Below, piece after piece: positions 12,612-25,741 of a stretch of 64,000 nucleotides of DNA; positions within the stretch are counted from its first letter, which is position 1; every line of letters begins with the position of its first letter. The notes under the pieces were generated by a model that had not been told where the DNA came from, made no database searches, and saw only the letters and a program-made list of their open reading frames with translations. The stretch comes from Camelus ferus. Its lineage: Eukaryota. A program made the translations under genes and the position numbers. Where the stretch lies: positions 36,768,001-36,832,000 of the forward strand of contig NC_045697.1 in NCBI RefSeq assembly GCF_009834535.1, read 5' to 3'.

Positions 12612-12850
12612 ACTGATGGTTCAGAGCACAGGTTTTAGAGTCAGACAGTCCTGAGCTTTAACCCTGGCTCTACCATGTTCGTTGTAATCCTCATAAAATA
12701 AATTCAGCTTCCCATAACCTCTGTTTCCTCAGCTGTAAAATGGGAAAAATATCTCATTTCATAGGTCTATTTTAAAATTTTTATGAGATGATAATGAAAA
12801 GAGCTTAATAATACTTTACCTGCAGGAAGTGGTCTATAAGTCATAGTCCT
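12612..12850 (+). mobile_element. MIR SINE
   Basis: 'ttagagtcagacagtcctgag...ctctgtttcctcagctgtaaaatggg'. Confidence 0.85.
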
Positions 12851-12863
12851 AACAATGTTCATA

Positions 12864-13285
12864 TTTTTTTTAATTGAAGTATAGTTGACTTACAATGCTG
12901 TGTTAGTTTCTAGTGTACAGCATAGTGATTCAGTTATACATATATACATTCTTTTTTCACATTCTTTTCAACATAGGTTACAAGTTATTGAATATAGTTC
13001 CCCATGCTATATAGTAGGAACTTGCTGTTTTTCTATTCTACATATAGTAGTTTGTATCTGTTAATCCCAAACTCCCAATTTATCCCTTCCCCCCAACCCT
13101 TTTCCCTTTGGTAACCATAAGTTTGTTTTCTATGTCTGTGAGTCTGTCTGTGAGTCTGTCTCTGTTTTGTAAACAAGTTCATTGGTGTCATTTTTTAAGA
13201 TTCCACATATAAATGGTATCATGTGATATTTGTCTTTGACTTAACTTAGTATGATAATCTCTAGGTCCATCGATGTTGCTGCAAA
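12864..13285 (-). mobile_element. 5'-truncated L1 3' UTR (type A)
   Basis: polyT followed by 'aattgaagtatagttgacttacaatg...atgttgctgcaaa'. Confidence 0.9.
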
Positions 13286-13499
13286 CTGTTACTAATTATT
13301 TTGAATTAAAATTGATAACTGCTTTTGATTGACTGAGGCTACCTGATTCTGATTGGATTGTTCAAATAGCAGTAGGAGGTTGACATTACCAAACGCACTA
13401 TAGCAGCAAGGAAAGACAGTCATAACGAATGGGTACCTTGTCTCATAATTTGATATTTTAGTAAACATAATTAAATGTTTATTTACTCCCCAAAAGAAT

Positions 13500-13640
13500 C
13501 TTTTAAAGTCAGTATTGTTCCTACTTTACTGAAGCAACTGAGGTTAAGAGAGTTTAAGGGCATGCCTTGGCTCACTTAACTTGTGATTAAAATCTAAGTC
13601 TTAACAAACCTCTGCAACAATGCTCTTCCCACCACATTGC
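13500..13640 (-). mobile_element. MIR fragment
   Basis: 'gcaactgaggttaagagagtttaag...gccttggctcac'. Confidence 0.6.
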
Positions 13641-14723
13641 CTCTTGCATTCGCATCCCTCCAGCCACTGTAGGTGATTACTCTCAGCTTCTAAAGTTTTG
13701 TGACTGACCTGTAGTACCTCCTAGATCAGATGGTCGCTTTCTGTTTAGAAACTTGCATGTTAATGTCCCTCAAAAACAGCCAGTGGCTCTGAGAGTGTTT
13801 CTGTGTTGAGGGAGAGCGGGGAGGAGTGGTACAGGCAGGGGAGGGGAGAATTGTGGCTAACAGCCCAGCGTTCTAGCGTCCTCTCTGGAAGACTGGGTTT
13901 GCTGCTGCGCTTTGTATAAGCAGCTCCTGTTTCTGGCAATAATTTGTGTATTCACACTACTTCTTAGCCTTTCTTTGTTTACCCAGGGGGTGAGACTCTG
14001 TGATAAGGAGTCTCTAATGAGGTTTATGTGACTAGGAGTGGACATGTGCTGTTAAAAATGTTTACCACTTACTGAGTGTCAGCAGGGTCCGCTGGGTGGC
14101 TGTCAAGAGATGCTCGTTCAAACAGAGAATAACATAAAAAGAGAGAGAGGAAGGAAAATCTCCATCCCTGGAAAACAGGGATGGGCTAGAAACTAGAGAA
14201 GGAAACCTTTTGGAAATTCAATGGCAAAGAAACAGCTTAGTTTAATGGCTTGGGAATCTGTTTTAAAGTCATTTTTACTGGTGTTCTTGCAGACGATAGT
14301 CTAAATTGTTCTCACCCAATAACCACCTATGCTTTTTGCTCCTCTTGTGTTATCTTCCTTCTTCTCTAGGGTCTACCACAGTCAGCGCACAGTAGGCACT
14401 TAAACATGAAGGGCTGAGTTTCTTTGGGTAGTCTGTTGTATTTTGCAGTATTTGAATAGAGACTTGAGGTGATCATCGGTCAGGGGTCTTGAGAAGAGAG
14501 GCTCTGATTTTGAGGGAGAGTTGTACTAAATCACTATTTGAACCCTTGCCAGCTCCAAGATTTAACTGTATAAGTCAACTTATATAGTTGGCTGTTGAGT
14601 TATTCCAATGTTCTGTGTATCTGGGGTAGCCATCTCCTGGTATATGTTTTGAGTTCATTCCACTTTTATAAGTTCAGAGTAAGAGTATGACCTCTCTGAG
14701 ATATATTACTCTTTAGGGAAGAT

Positions 14724-15200
14724 CTTGGTTTGGGTCTGGGTTTCACTAGAGGTGAAAATTTGAGTGCAAGTCATTTATTTAGAGGGTGACCATGGGAAGC
14801 ACTGATGAAGAAGTGAAGAAGTGGGACAGGAAAGGGGAGGAAGCCAATGAAGGGTGCATCTCAGAGCCAGTTACCAGGGTGGACAACTGGAATTCAGCCC
14901 TGCTGGGGCGCTCCGGGAGATAGTGCAGAGCATGCCTCAGAGTTATCTCAACTGAAGGATCAGGAAGATGGGGGATTTACCCACCAATAACATCCCCAAT
15001 CTGTCACTGATTCAAGGGTGATTCCCAAGGGTATTAACTCTGGTATTTCTAGCCTCCCTCGTGCACAAGCTGAGCTTGGTCCTACAATCAGGTAGAAGGT
15101 CTTCAGGAACAGAGCTGCAGATGTTCACAGCAAGCAGCCTTGGGCATGTAGAGGTGAGCGCCAAGGCAATATGGGCAGAGCAACAACAGTGTGTGCCAGG
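14724..15200 (-). mobile_element. ERVL solo LTR, LTR16C-like
   Basis: 'tttgagtgcaagtcatttatttagagggtga...gaagccaatgaagggtgc...gccagttacc...gcctcagagttatc'. Confidence 0.75.
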
Positions 15201-15541
15201 ACATTACTGTCTTTGTGGTTCCCAACTCCTGATTCTAGGCACTAGTCTTTTTCATGAACTTCAGGAGTGGGGAAGGAAAGATGAAAGCAGGAAGCAGCTT
15301 TGTATTCCTCCACCACATCTGTTTCCCATGTCAGCTCCGCGACACTGGAGCATCCCTTAGAAGCACATGATGAAAACTCCATCTCTCCAAAAGCGTTTGT
15401 GGATGGAGGTAACTGAGATGATGCATGTGAATTACTGAAATGCTAAGGTGGAGTTCTACATACGCTGTTTTCAAAATGTGTTGTTACAGAATCTCTGAAT
15501 GGAATATTGCTTCTCTAACACATTAGAACAATGATTTGTGG

Positions 15542-15544
<3 letters not shown>

Positions 15545-15582
<38 letters not shown>
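15545..15582. repeat. (TG)19 microsatellite
   Basis: Perfect TG run seen directly. Confidence 0.95.
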
Positions 15583-15583
<1 letters not shown>

Positions 15584-15585
15584 AC

Positions 15586-15670
15586 TTTTCCCCGACTAGA
15601 TTAGCTCTTTGAGGATCTAGCACAATGCCGAGTGTACAATGATGCATAAATATTTAGCAAAAAATAAATT
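15586..15670 (+). mobile_element. L2 3' end fragment
   Basis: 'actagattagctctttgagg...ctagcacaatgcc...ataaatattt'. Confidence 0.55.
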
Positions 15671-15839
15671 ATCATTAAGCACCTGATATGAAGTACACAT
15701 TAGGAAGGAGGCTTGGGTTCTGAGGACAATCTTTACCAACGAAGAAGGCAGGCTCAGCAAAATGAAGAATAAGAGACAGAGAGAAATTTCAGGGAAAATT
15801 TCTTTCCCCTGAGAGAAGGCTTACAAAATCCTGAGGGTG

Positions 15840-18331
15840 ATTTCAATTAAAGATGTTGAACTCAACGCATGCCTTAATGTCTTGTCCCTCCTGAAATTCC
15901 ACTAAAATAACAGTAAAGGATGGGGGGGGGGGCACAAACACATAAAATGAAGAATTCCAGAGAGGCTACAGCAGCAACAACGTTTTGGGAGCAGTAAAGC
16001 AGATGCTCTGATTATCTCAAGAGAGATAAATCTTAACGGAGGGCAGTGGAGACAATTGACAGTCATGAACCCACAAAAGCCTTAGGAATTTGGAGGCATC
16101 AGGTACTTGTACAAGTTGGGGGAGAGATGAGGCTGAAATAGGTGGTGCTGAATGAAAGACTGTTTAAGAAGCTCTGAGACCCTTCATATTCCTTCTCTCC
16201 CGTGGAGCCCGGTGACAGACTCTCCCTCACCCTAGAAGAAGAAAGAGGGCTGGTCTTTAGAAAAGACAAATCACGGGCTCTGGACTAGACGACACCAGCC
16301 ACAGCGACGGGTGGAGATGGTGTAATAAAAATAGGGGGATTAAATGAATGTTTACTGAGTGTTGAAATGCAGACATTCATCTCCCCTCACTTGGCTCCCA
16401 AAACAGTGGAAGACAGGTTTTACCCTCCTTGCAGATTAGCAGAGCCTTCTCTCTGGAATGGGATCAACCCATAAGAAAAGACCTAAAGATTCGTTAGAGT
16501 TCCTCAGAAAATGGCTCACAGGGCTCACCCTACCATGACTCGGAAGGTCGATAACCCCGCTGACTTGGAGGTTCCCATCAGCTTTTGGCTGTGAGCATAT
16601 AGCCAAGCCAGACATATTAGGGGAAAATCTCAATTACAAAAACCAATAAACAGAGGAAAAATAACTTGGAGGCAGAGAAAAACTAGGAAAAAAACTATAA
16701 TTAATATCTCTGGGAAAAGGAGATATAGCAACTATGAAACAGAAGCAGGAGACTATTTAAATAAACAACAGTCAGAACAAAGAAGTCTCAGAAATTAAAA
16801 CAAGATTGTAGAAACATAAAAACTCAAAAAAAAAAAAGGTAGAAAGATAAGGAAAGAACAAAATGAAAAAGAGAAGGAGAACAGGAGAGGACAGCTAAGA
16901 AGATAGCCAAGAACTATTCCAGTATCTGTAATATCTGAATAAAAGAAGTTCCAGAGAAGATGATATTATCAACACAGCAATTGAAGAAACTGTCCCAGAA
17001 CTCAAGTTTATGTGTTTCCAGAATAAAAGACAATTATTGTGACCTTCAGAACACGTGTCTAGAAGATACTATTGGTGCCTCATCTGGATCCCCTGTATGG
17101 GGCCAGCACATCCAACTGCTGGCCACTTAGGGCTCACAGCCCCATTCTCTGGGGAACTGCCCTCAGCCAAGGGGTAGCTGTATCTCCTGGGAGGCTTCAC
17201 CTGCTATTCCAGCTCCTGCACGGGTGAGCTCACACCAATGACTGATGGGAAGGTTCAAAAGGTCAAGACCCTTTCCCCAAAGGGGGACTGACTCTGGGAC
17301 AATTTGTGCTGCAGAGCAGCACTGGGTATCAGGCCAAAGCTAACTTCCAGCCAAAACCACACCCTCAGCTCTTTCCCTAGACCCAACCTCCTTCCCTCAT
17401 TTACCTGCATCAGATTTCTCAACATTGGAAGCTAAAAGGCAGTGGAGCAATTCCTGAAAAATTCTGAAGGAAAATGGTTCTCAACATAGCAGTCAATGTT
17501 GAGTACCCAAGATAAACGAAGAGGAAGCGGAAATCAGAGACATTTTCAGAATTCAAGATCTCCAAAAGTCTACCTCCTTTGCATTCCTTCTCAGAGATAC
17601 TTTACCAAAACAAGGAAGTAAATCCAGGAAGAGGCAAACACAGAATGCAGGAAATAGGAGACCCAACGAAAAGGAGAGGGAAAGAGAAAGTCCAGGAAAA
17701 TGAGGAAGGGAGATCCCAAGACGACAGCCGTGAACAGGCCAGGCTCCAGCCAGGACCTCTTCGGAGCATATAAAATTGTAATAGACTATCTACTGCATGT
17801 GAAGATACAGAGAGAGTTACACAACTCGGGGACAGCTTAGGAATACGGTAATGACCGCTGCACAGAAAACTAAGCAAATGTAAAAACAAAACCATTATTA
17901 ACTTTAAGGACAACAAAAATTTATGCTGGGAAGGTAATCATACATGGCTCAGATGTAAATAGAGTTTACATAGTCACCGAGTGCCACATGAGTGCTACAT
18001 ATCAATCTAACCGAAAGGATGAGAAACAGGGGACAGAAATGTCTATGCATGGCAGAGTTGGGTGGGGGGACGGGAAAGAAGGAGAAATCCACCTCTTCCA
18101 CAGTTGGAAGTCAACAGATGACGCTTAACACGGAAGTCAAGAAGATGCAGTTGATCTACAGATTTGAAGGTAAAGAAAGGCCTAAAGGGGCTGAAAGCAG
18201 GGGCTTTGGAGGAGCCATGGATGGATGGGGAGGTACTGCTGTGTCTTCTAAAAGCCTTGGAGAAGCATTTGACTCTTTAAAGGATGTGCAGTATAACTCA
18301 GATTTTTTAAAACTACATTAAAAATTAAAAT
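15840..18331 (+). mobile_element. HAL1-like (half-L1, ORF1-only) element, near full length and decayed
   Basis: 5' 'ccctcctgaaattccactaaaataacagtaaagga'; ORF1-like A-rich body 'gaagttccagagaaga...cccagaactcaag' and 'tggaagctaaaaggcagtggagcaat...ttctgaaggaaaatg'; no ORF2-like sequence seen; A-rich end. Confidence 0.7.
17056..17407 (+). mobile_element. ERVL LTR16A/B-like LTR nested in the HAL1-like element
   Basis: 'ggggaactgccctcagccaaggg...ccaatgactga...ggatcaggcc-like...ttccctcat'; sharp GC shift relative to the A-rich host. Confidence 0.65.
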
Positions 18332-19489
18332 GTCTCCAGGGACCAACACCAGGGGCCACAGACCAGACTACTGAATAAAATGCCATGAGGAGGGCAGTTT
18401 TGATCAGTTGCTGGCATGGAGCCCAGGCTGAGGAAATATTTTTCTCAAGGGACCCAAGACGCTGAGAGAAAAAGCTGACTCCTGGTCCAGAGGATGGAAG
18501 CAGAGTGATGAAGTGGAAAGGGCTAAGAGCACCCTGAGCCCAGGGGCAGAGCCGGAGCCTGCTGGAGGGGAGGAAATGAGGAGAGGCCACAGTGGTACGG
18601 GCTGCGGCAGGCTGTGAACTCCCATACGGTCACAGGAAGATAAACAGCCAAATTCATGTTCCCACTTGCTTGCTTTCAGAACAACAGTCCTCAGCTCCTT
18701 CCAAGTCCCCTCAGCTCACTAGGGGAGTCTCAAAGGCGTTTTCACACAGGCTCACAAAGCTGGCGGCTGCGGCCAGCACACCTAGGCCCCTGTGGTCTTC
18801 CTTTCTGGCCCCTGGCTCCCCAGCCCAGGTTTGCTGGAAGGCCATCCTGTCACTGAGTCTCACACAGCACTAAACATGGAGGTCGTGGTCCTACGCTCTC
18901 TCACACTGGATTAGATGTCAGCATCCTCTGGACCAGATACCCCAGGGCAATGCTGGTTGTCATGGCAAAATCTTTGAAGGAGGCTAAAAGTAAAGCATGG
19001 ATGCAAATCTCAAACCTGATTTCTGGAGGCACCTTTCCTGTATTCCTAGGAGATGGTGAAGGAAGTTATCCCAAAGGTAATATATCTGGGAGATCCAGCA
19101 GGGGAGGTTCCTGTTTCCTGGGGCCTCGATCGTTCACGAATACTCAGGGGAGGAAGAGACCTGCCCAGCTGACCAATACAGCTTCTCATTTTAAAGAAGA
19201 CCACTGGCTAAATAATTCATATATTTTTAATATATGTATAAAAATATATGTGTATTTAAAAGTAATCAAAGGAAAATTCATTGGATTAACCAAAAGAACC
19301 ACCAGAAGACTCACCTAAATAGTGAATTCCCCTGCTTTCTTTATAAATTGGGAATCAACTTACCTAAGGGTGATGGACACCCTTACAATGACTTATTCTG
19401 AGTCTACGAAGCCAAATGAACCACATAGGCTCAAGCTACTGCTTCCAAGGGCCTGGACAAAACTTCACAGAACCAGTTCCTAGAGAACT

Positions 19490-19600
19490 GAGTTCTTCTT
19501 TTACCTGAGTGAAAACCAAGACTCAGAGAGGTTAGGAAACATGCCCAAGTCACACAGCAAGTAAAAGCAAGTCTACACATTCCAAGTTAGATTATCTTTT
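19490..19600 (-). mobile_element. MIR fragment
   Basis: 'aaccaagactcagagaggttagg...tgcccaagtcacacagcaagtaa'. Confidence 0.75.
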
Positions 19601-19653
19601 GGCTCAAATTATCTGCCCCTTAAAGCTCCACAACCATTTTTATAGTCTCAAAG

Positions 19654-19678
19654 ATATATATATATATATATATATATA
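19654..19678. repeat. (AT)12 microsatellite
   Basis: Seen directly. Confidence 0.9.
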
Positions 19679-20679
19679 AAGATATAAAGTTGAGTATTCC
19701 CACATATTCCTAAATCTATGATCATACTTCTTGTGGGAGTCTGACAGCCCTGGATTACTCAATTCAGACATCAGATGCTGATATAAACCAGCAGCCCCAG
19801 ACCCCTGCCTGCCTTAGAATCTTCTACCACAAGTAGGAGGGCAGGAGGAGCAGGAACAACAAAACAGTGAACCCAACAGGCTGCCTGGCTTCCTACACAA
19901 AGAGCGGGTGAAGAGCTCTGGGCAGGGAGCTTAAACGCCACCTCTATGGCCAGGGCAGCTCATCAAGATTGATGGCCAGTGGATTCCACAGCCAACATTA
20001 AATTACCAATTGACCCCGGAGAGGTTCAACGTCCTTTCCCCCTCCAGTAACCCCACCATCTCCCTGCAAACCTCCTAATATCCCCCCACCCACCCACGTT
20101 TCAGTCTCTCCTCTCTGATGGCAGAATCATCTCACTTCTCATTGCCCTAATTTGACAAGAGATCAAAGATGTCAAATATCTTCCATTCCTTTCGTCCCAG
20201 GTTACTTTTGCAGCATTCCACTTAAACCCCTCTCTTGTGGTCAGGCCAGCTCTGGGACTCCACAGAGAAAGGGATCTGCGGTTCACTTTGTCCCACCACT
20301 AAACAGGTTCAGGAAAGTTTCTTGAGCATGGGATCCAAGGTCACAGGAAGAGATACCAACTGTAATAGTGGGAGTCTTGGGAGGCCTGTCTTGCAACCCT
20401 GAGAAAGCCCGTTCCTCCATGCCCTTAGGCTTTCTTTTCTAAAGAGTAAGTGAAAAAAAATAAGACATCACATGATCGCAGAAATGAGAGGAAGTAAGTA
20501 TTTCTGGACCTATACAGAGAGAAGCAGTACTTGTGAGGATTTGGGGAGCTGTTAGGGAAATTTTTAAAACAAAACACAGACCCTCTAGGTTTAGCACTAG
20601 AAGCAAAAGCCCCAGGAGGGGAAGGTGAAATGACCCACTAGTGCCACCAAGTATACTGTCAAGATTAGAATTCACGTTC

Positions 20680-20855
20680 CAGAATCTGGCATGTTTAGAT
20701 TCCAATCCCAATTCCTCTACCTCAGACCTATGTAGGGTTATCAGGCAAATTATCTGAGTCCCTTGAGCCTCAACTTCATCATTAGTGAAGTCAGTTAATA
20801 ACGTCTCCATGGGCTAATGCATGTGAAGTGTGCACACAGTGTCAGTAAATGGCAA
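20680..20855 (+). mobile_element. MIR SINE (degenerate)
   Basis: 'caggcaaattatctgagtcccttgagcctcaacttcatcattagtgaa'. Confidence 0.6.
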
Positions 20856-21722
20856 TCAGTCACTGGATGCCGCCTGGCGTTATTAGGATGGGGTCAACTT
20901 CTCCTTAGGGTTGATCACTGTTACTGATGCCACCTTCACATTAATTCCCAGGAGGGTGGTAATTCTCCCTCCTTTACAGTGTTTCTTCCTGTGAATATAT
21001 ATATATACACACACATACACACACAGAAATACACTTACAAAGTTGAAATCTACAAAGTGGTAGAGCTAAGATTTGAGCCTGTATCTGACTCCAGAGCCAC
21101 AATGAAGAAGACTCAGGGATGTTTTGTTTTGAATTCTCAAGTGCCAATCACACAAAAAAGAGAGGGGATCTTCATTTTCTTCTCCCCACCTCCCTATTAA
21201 CTTCCCTCCCATCCTCCTTCCAAATAAAGAAGGACGTTCTGCTAACATGAATGGTGAGAAAGGAAGATATCGATTAGGTCACTCTGACTAGGAGGTGTGG
21301 TTGGTGCGCCGTTTTTCACTCACTCTGTTGCTCCTGCTTTCTCTCTTCAAGCAGACAAGTGCAAAGGTTGACCTAGAACCTACCCTGCCCCCTCAACTCC
21401 ATGAGTCTGGACAGACGGCAGAAGGCATGCCAGTGGCTGAAGATCTAAGCTGAGAGAATGAACTTTTGCACAGTGCCTTTTTGATTGACTGTGATCATGT
21501 TCTGAAGGTCAGGCGGAGTCTATAAATGGCAGATTTGGTCTGGTTATTTCAGACACATGCTGATGGGCAATCAGTTCAATTAGCCCCTGATTTTGATATG
21601 GAATAAAATTTCAAATCAACATTCCAGCCCTCCTGATTGGGCCCGAAATCCAAGGACTACAGAGACTACAACTACAAATAGAAATATTTATCCTGAATCA
21701 TCCTTCTAACTTAACTGCCCAT

Positions 21723-22193
21723 TGTGATGGTTAATTTTATATCAGCTTGACTGGGTCACAGGGGATCAAGATATTTGCTTAAACATTGTTTCTGGGTGTG
21801 TCTGTGAGGGTTTTCCAGATGAGATTAATATTTGAATCAGCAGACTGGATGAAGAGGATTGCCCTCCCCAATGTGTGTGGGCATCATTCAATCCTTTGAG
21901 AGCTTGAATAGAACAAAAAGGTGGAGGAAGGGAGGATCTGCTCTCCGTCTGACTCCTTGAGCTGGGGCGCTGGTCTTCTCCTCTCTGGGACTGAGACTGA
22001 CACTTAGTTCTCAGGTCTTTGGACCCAGACTGGAACTATGTCAACAGTTTTCCTGGTTCTCTAGCTTGTAGACAGCAGATTGTAAGACTTCTCAGCCTCC
22101 CTAATCACATGAACCAATTCCTTAAAATAAATCTCACATACGTGTGTGTGCACACACACACACAATCTTCCATCTGTGGAGAACCCTAATACA
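21723..22193 (+). mobile_element. ERVL solo LTR, MLT2B-like
   Basis: TG...CA termini 'tgtgatggttaattttat...ggagaaccctaataca'; aataaa signal; internal CA repeat. Confidence 0.88.
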
Positions 22194-22764
22194 CCGTCTG
22201 ATCTTTAACTCCTCTAAAAGTTACTCAAGAGCAGAAGCTGTATCCTTTACTAATTCCATATTTTTGAAGGCTCAAAGAACACAAGGTGTTGAATAATGCC
22301 TTTTGCACAGACTTACTTCACTTACTGTCTTTTATGGACTTCTGTGATAGGATATTTACAAATGGTATCACAGAGTAGTTAAATATTAAAGATGTCATCC
22401 CATGAATCAAAATCAATTCCAAGTGAGTAGAAATTCGATATAAAAATTCAAACCACCCACCAAGGAAGAAAATGTAACATTTTTCAAAATTCTAAAAAAG
22501 GGGCAATTTTCTAAGCCTAGGAGTAATAGGTTAAATAATACAGTAAGAGATTGCCTGGTTTCACTGCATTTTAGAATACAGAACTAAAAAAAAAAACAAA
22601 AAAAAAAACAAAAACAGTTTTAAAGGCTAGGATAAACAAATATTGAAAATATGTTTGAAAAAGAGTTAAGGAAATTTTCAGTCCAGAGCTGATAAAAATA
22701 GATAACAAAAACCTTAATATACTGGTAAAGAAAATTACTTGGACAAAAATTCCCAGAAGAAGAT

Positions 22765-23220
22765 GAGAGTCCACATAAAAACCTGTTTGCAAATATTTAT
22801 AGCCATTTTATTCCTAATTGCTCAAAAAGGAAACAACTCAAATGTCCAACAACTGGCTAAAGGATAAATAAATTTTGGTGCCTTTGCACAATAGGACACT
22901 GCACTGCTAGAAAAAGGAACAGCCACTGATATACGCAACAACACAATGAAATCTCAAAATCGTTATACTGTGACAGAAGCCAGACACAAAAGAACCATAC
23001 ATACTTTATGATTCTATCTATAAGACATTCTGGAAAAAGAAAAACTACAGGAACAGAAAACAGATTAGAAGATGCCAGGGGCTGGGGATATGGAGAGCAG
23101 ATTGTCTGCAAAGAGAACTTTTGGGGGTGAAGAAAATATTTTATATCTTGACTGAGGTGGTGGTTACATGAATGAACATTTGCCAAAAATCACACATCTA
23201 AAAATGATGAATTTTACAAA
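22765..23220 (+). mobile_element. L1MC/MD-like 3' region, within older decayed L1M sequence at about 22380-23640
   Basis: 'gaaacaactcaaatgtccaacaac...agaagccagacacaaaaga...ggtggtggttacatg'. Confidence 0.75.
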
Positions 23221-23664
23221 TACAACTGATAATATCCAATGCTGGCTAGGTTTCAAAGAATCTAATATTCTCATATAGTAACGCTGGTTTCAACTGGAAT
23301 GACGTTTTTGGAAATCGCTCCTGAAATACGTATCAAGAGTCATAAAATGTTTACTCTTGGACCTAGAAATACCATTTATGGGAATCTATGTCAGGGAAAT
23401 TCTGCAAAATGGCTAGAACAATCATGTTCATGGAATGATTTATTATAGATTATTAATAATTTTAAACAATTAGAGGAACTCAATTTCCAATAGTGGAGGA
23501 ATAACTCATTGAATTATAATGGAAAAATTTCTGGTAATATCATGCAATAATTAAAATGGTTGCTATAAAATCTACACAGCCACATTTACATATGGGAGTA
23601 TGTACATGAAATAATGTTACTGGAGAGCCAAATACAGACTTTCATGTGCATTCGAGAAAGATGG

Positions 23665-23925
23665 AAGGTGTAGTGGTTAACAGCACAGATTCCAGAGCTC
23701 AGCTGTCTAGGTTCATATCCCAACATGGCCACCTACCAGCTGTGACCTTGGGCAGCTTTCTTAACCTCTCTGAGGCTCAATTTTCTCATTTGTACAATAG
23801 GAAAAACAATAATAGCTTCCTCATAGGTTTTTTTCAAGGGTTAAATGAGTTATTATCACATAAAACTCTTAAACTAAACTACGTGACACAGAGTAAGCAT
23901 TTTATATAAAAGTGTTTGCTATGCT
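23665..23925 (+). mobile_element. MIR SINE, near full length
   Basis: 'gtagtggttaacagcacag...gctgtgaccttgggcagctttcttaacctctctgaggctcaattttctcatttgta'. Confidence 0.9.
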
Positions 23926-25709
23926 GTTTTATCTCTGCAAATGCAAAAGGGCTGGACAAAAATAACACAACAGTATTATTCTGGTGTATGTGATTGTGGA
24001 ATTATAAAATGAGAATAGTTAAGACTGCGGGAAATTTTGTCTATTTTTTCCTTTTTTGCATTTAAAAAAATCATTTTGATTCTTAAAGGCCTGCATAGAT
24101 CCCACAACAGATTTACATTCAGATTTCACTAAATGGACATTTTCTCAGATTTTTTTTTTTTGTTTTGGCTTGCTTGTTAATGGATTTCCAAGTGATGGTG
24201 AGACTAAAGAGCTCAAGAGATATATACACCAAAAATCCATGTAAATCCCTTTGAAAGAGACACTCTGAAAAACAAGAAACATCACAAAATGGCTTGAAGG
24301 TAATCCTATCAATGGAAATACTAATTATAGATTATTCTGTTACAAATTAGAAGGTGCTCAACTTCCAATAGCAGGAAAAAGATGAATTAAGTTACAAGAT
24401 AGCTACCAAAAAGAAAGTGATCAACAATTTAAATTATGATTGTAAAGATTATATAGCCAAATACACACATGGAAACATGCAGGAACAGAAGCATCTAAAG
24501 AAGAAAGCTAAATATTTCTGTCTTGAGACCAAGCTTAAGACTCATGAGTGAGAGGTGGAATCCTCTCTCTGGTTCCCCATACTCCTCAGTTCCTTGGAAT
24601 TTCTTATTCTGGTATTGGAGGTAGGTAAGTACTTCCATAGCGCCAACACCGTGGCTCTGCTTTGTCTCTGCAGAGCTGGCTTCCACATAAGATATATGCT
24701 GGGTGGACACAGGGAAGGGCAGTCCCTACCTCGGCGCCTTCTCCATGTGTGTTCCAGGCAGCACTGCGAGCCAAGCCTGGACTCGAAACGTATCTGGGGA
24801 AATTTACGCTGACACTTGGTTCCACATCTGGAAACGCTGAGGGTCAGTGATGATTCTTAGCATTGTGGTCATTCTCTTCTTCAGTAAAACGTCAACATAC
24901 CTCGCAGGCAAGCACCCTTCTCTCCAGATGCCCAAGGCATTCCACCAATCAACTTTCCAAACACTAAATGGGTTTAAATGTTCAGGCTACAGGGTTAAAT
25001 TTTCCAGTGTTTTCAGCTGGAAAAATCCAGACTTGTATAGATCTGCTACCTGTTAGGTTCTGAGCATAGGAGACATATTTTAAATAATACTCCCTAGATT
25101 AAATATATCATTTGAAAAAATGTTTTCTTCAAAGACTTCACGTGTCTTTTAAGAACCGATTGAACTTGACAATTTAAATCCTGTGCCTTAGACCTTCCTG
25201 AAGGGAAAATGTTCAAAAGAAACAAAGGGAAATTTTCGTAAAGTAGAAGACCAATGGAAAACAGAAGTAAGTTAAAGGAAGCTTTTTACCATTATTTTTC
25301 ATAAAAGAAAAAAGGTCAGCTGAAGGAAACAGAAGGGTCTACTTCATAATTTAAAGAGGACTGTATCTACATTTTGTCCTATCTTTTGCTTCATGGTTTG
25401 TACAATCTGTCTTTCAGGAGAGAGAAAAAAAACATTGTTTATTTATGCCTTGACCTAGATGGAGGAAAGGAAATTCGGTGGGAAGATTTTAACATCATGA
25501 AGTACTTTGTCAATCAAGAAACTGCTCTTCAAAAGTGCTGTACTATAACCTCCCCCTTATTTTTCAATGTCATCATTATTTATAGGGCCAGTCGCAGGCT
25601 CAACTCTGCTAAAACCATTTCTGGGAAGGCTCTTAGCCCTCATCCCAAGCACAATACCGCTCTATTAGGTCTCTGCACAGATGTTTGTTCATACAGTCCT
25701 GACTCAGCT

Positions 25710-25741
25710 CTGTGTGCGTGCGTGCGTGTGTGTGTATGTGT
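25710..25741. repeat. (TG)/(TGCG) compound microsatellite
   Basis: tgtgtgcgtgcgtgcgtgtgtgtgtatgtg. Confidence 0.8.

Noticed and set aside
13134..13161. 12-bp tandem duplication gtctgtgagtct inside an L1
   Set aside because: An ordinary slippage event with no wider significance.
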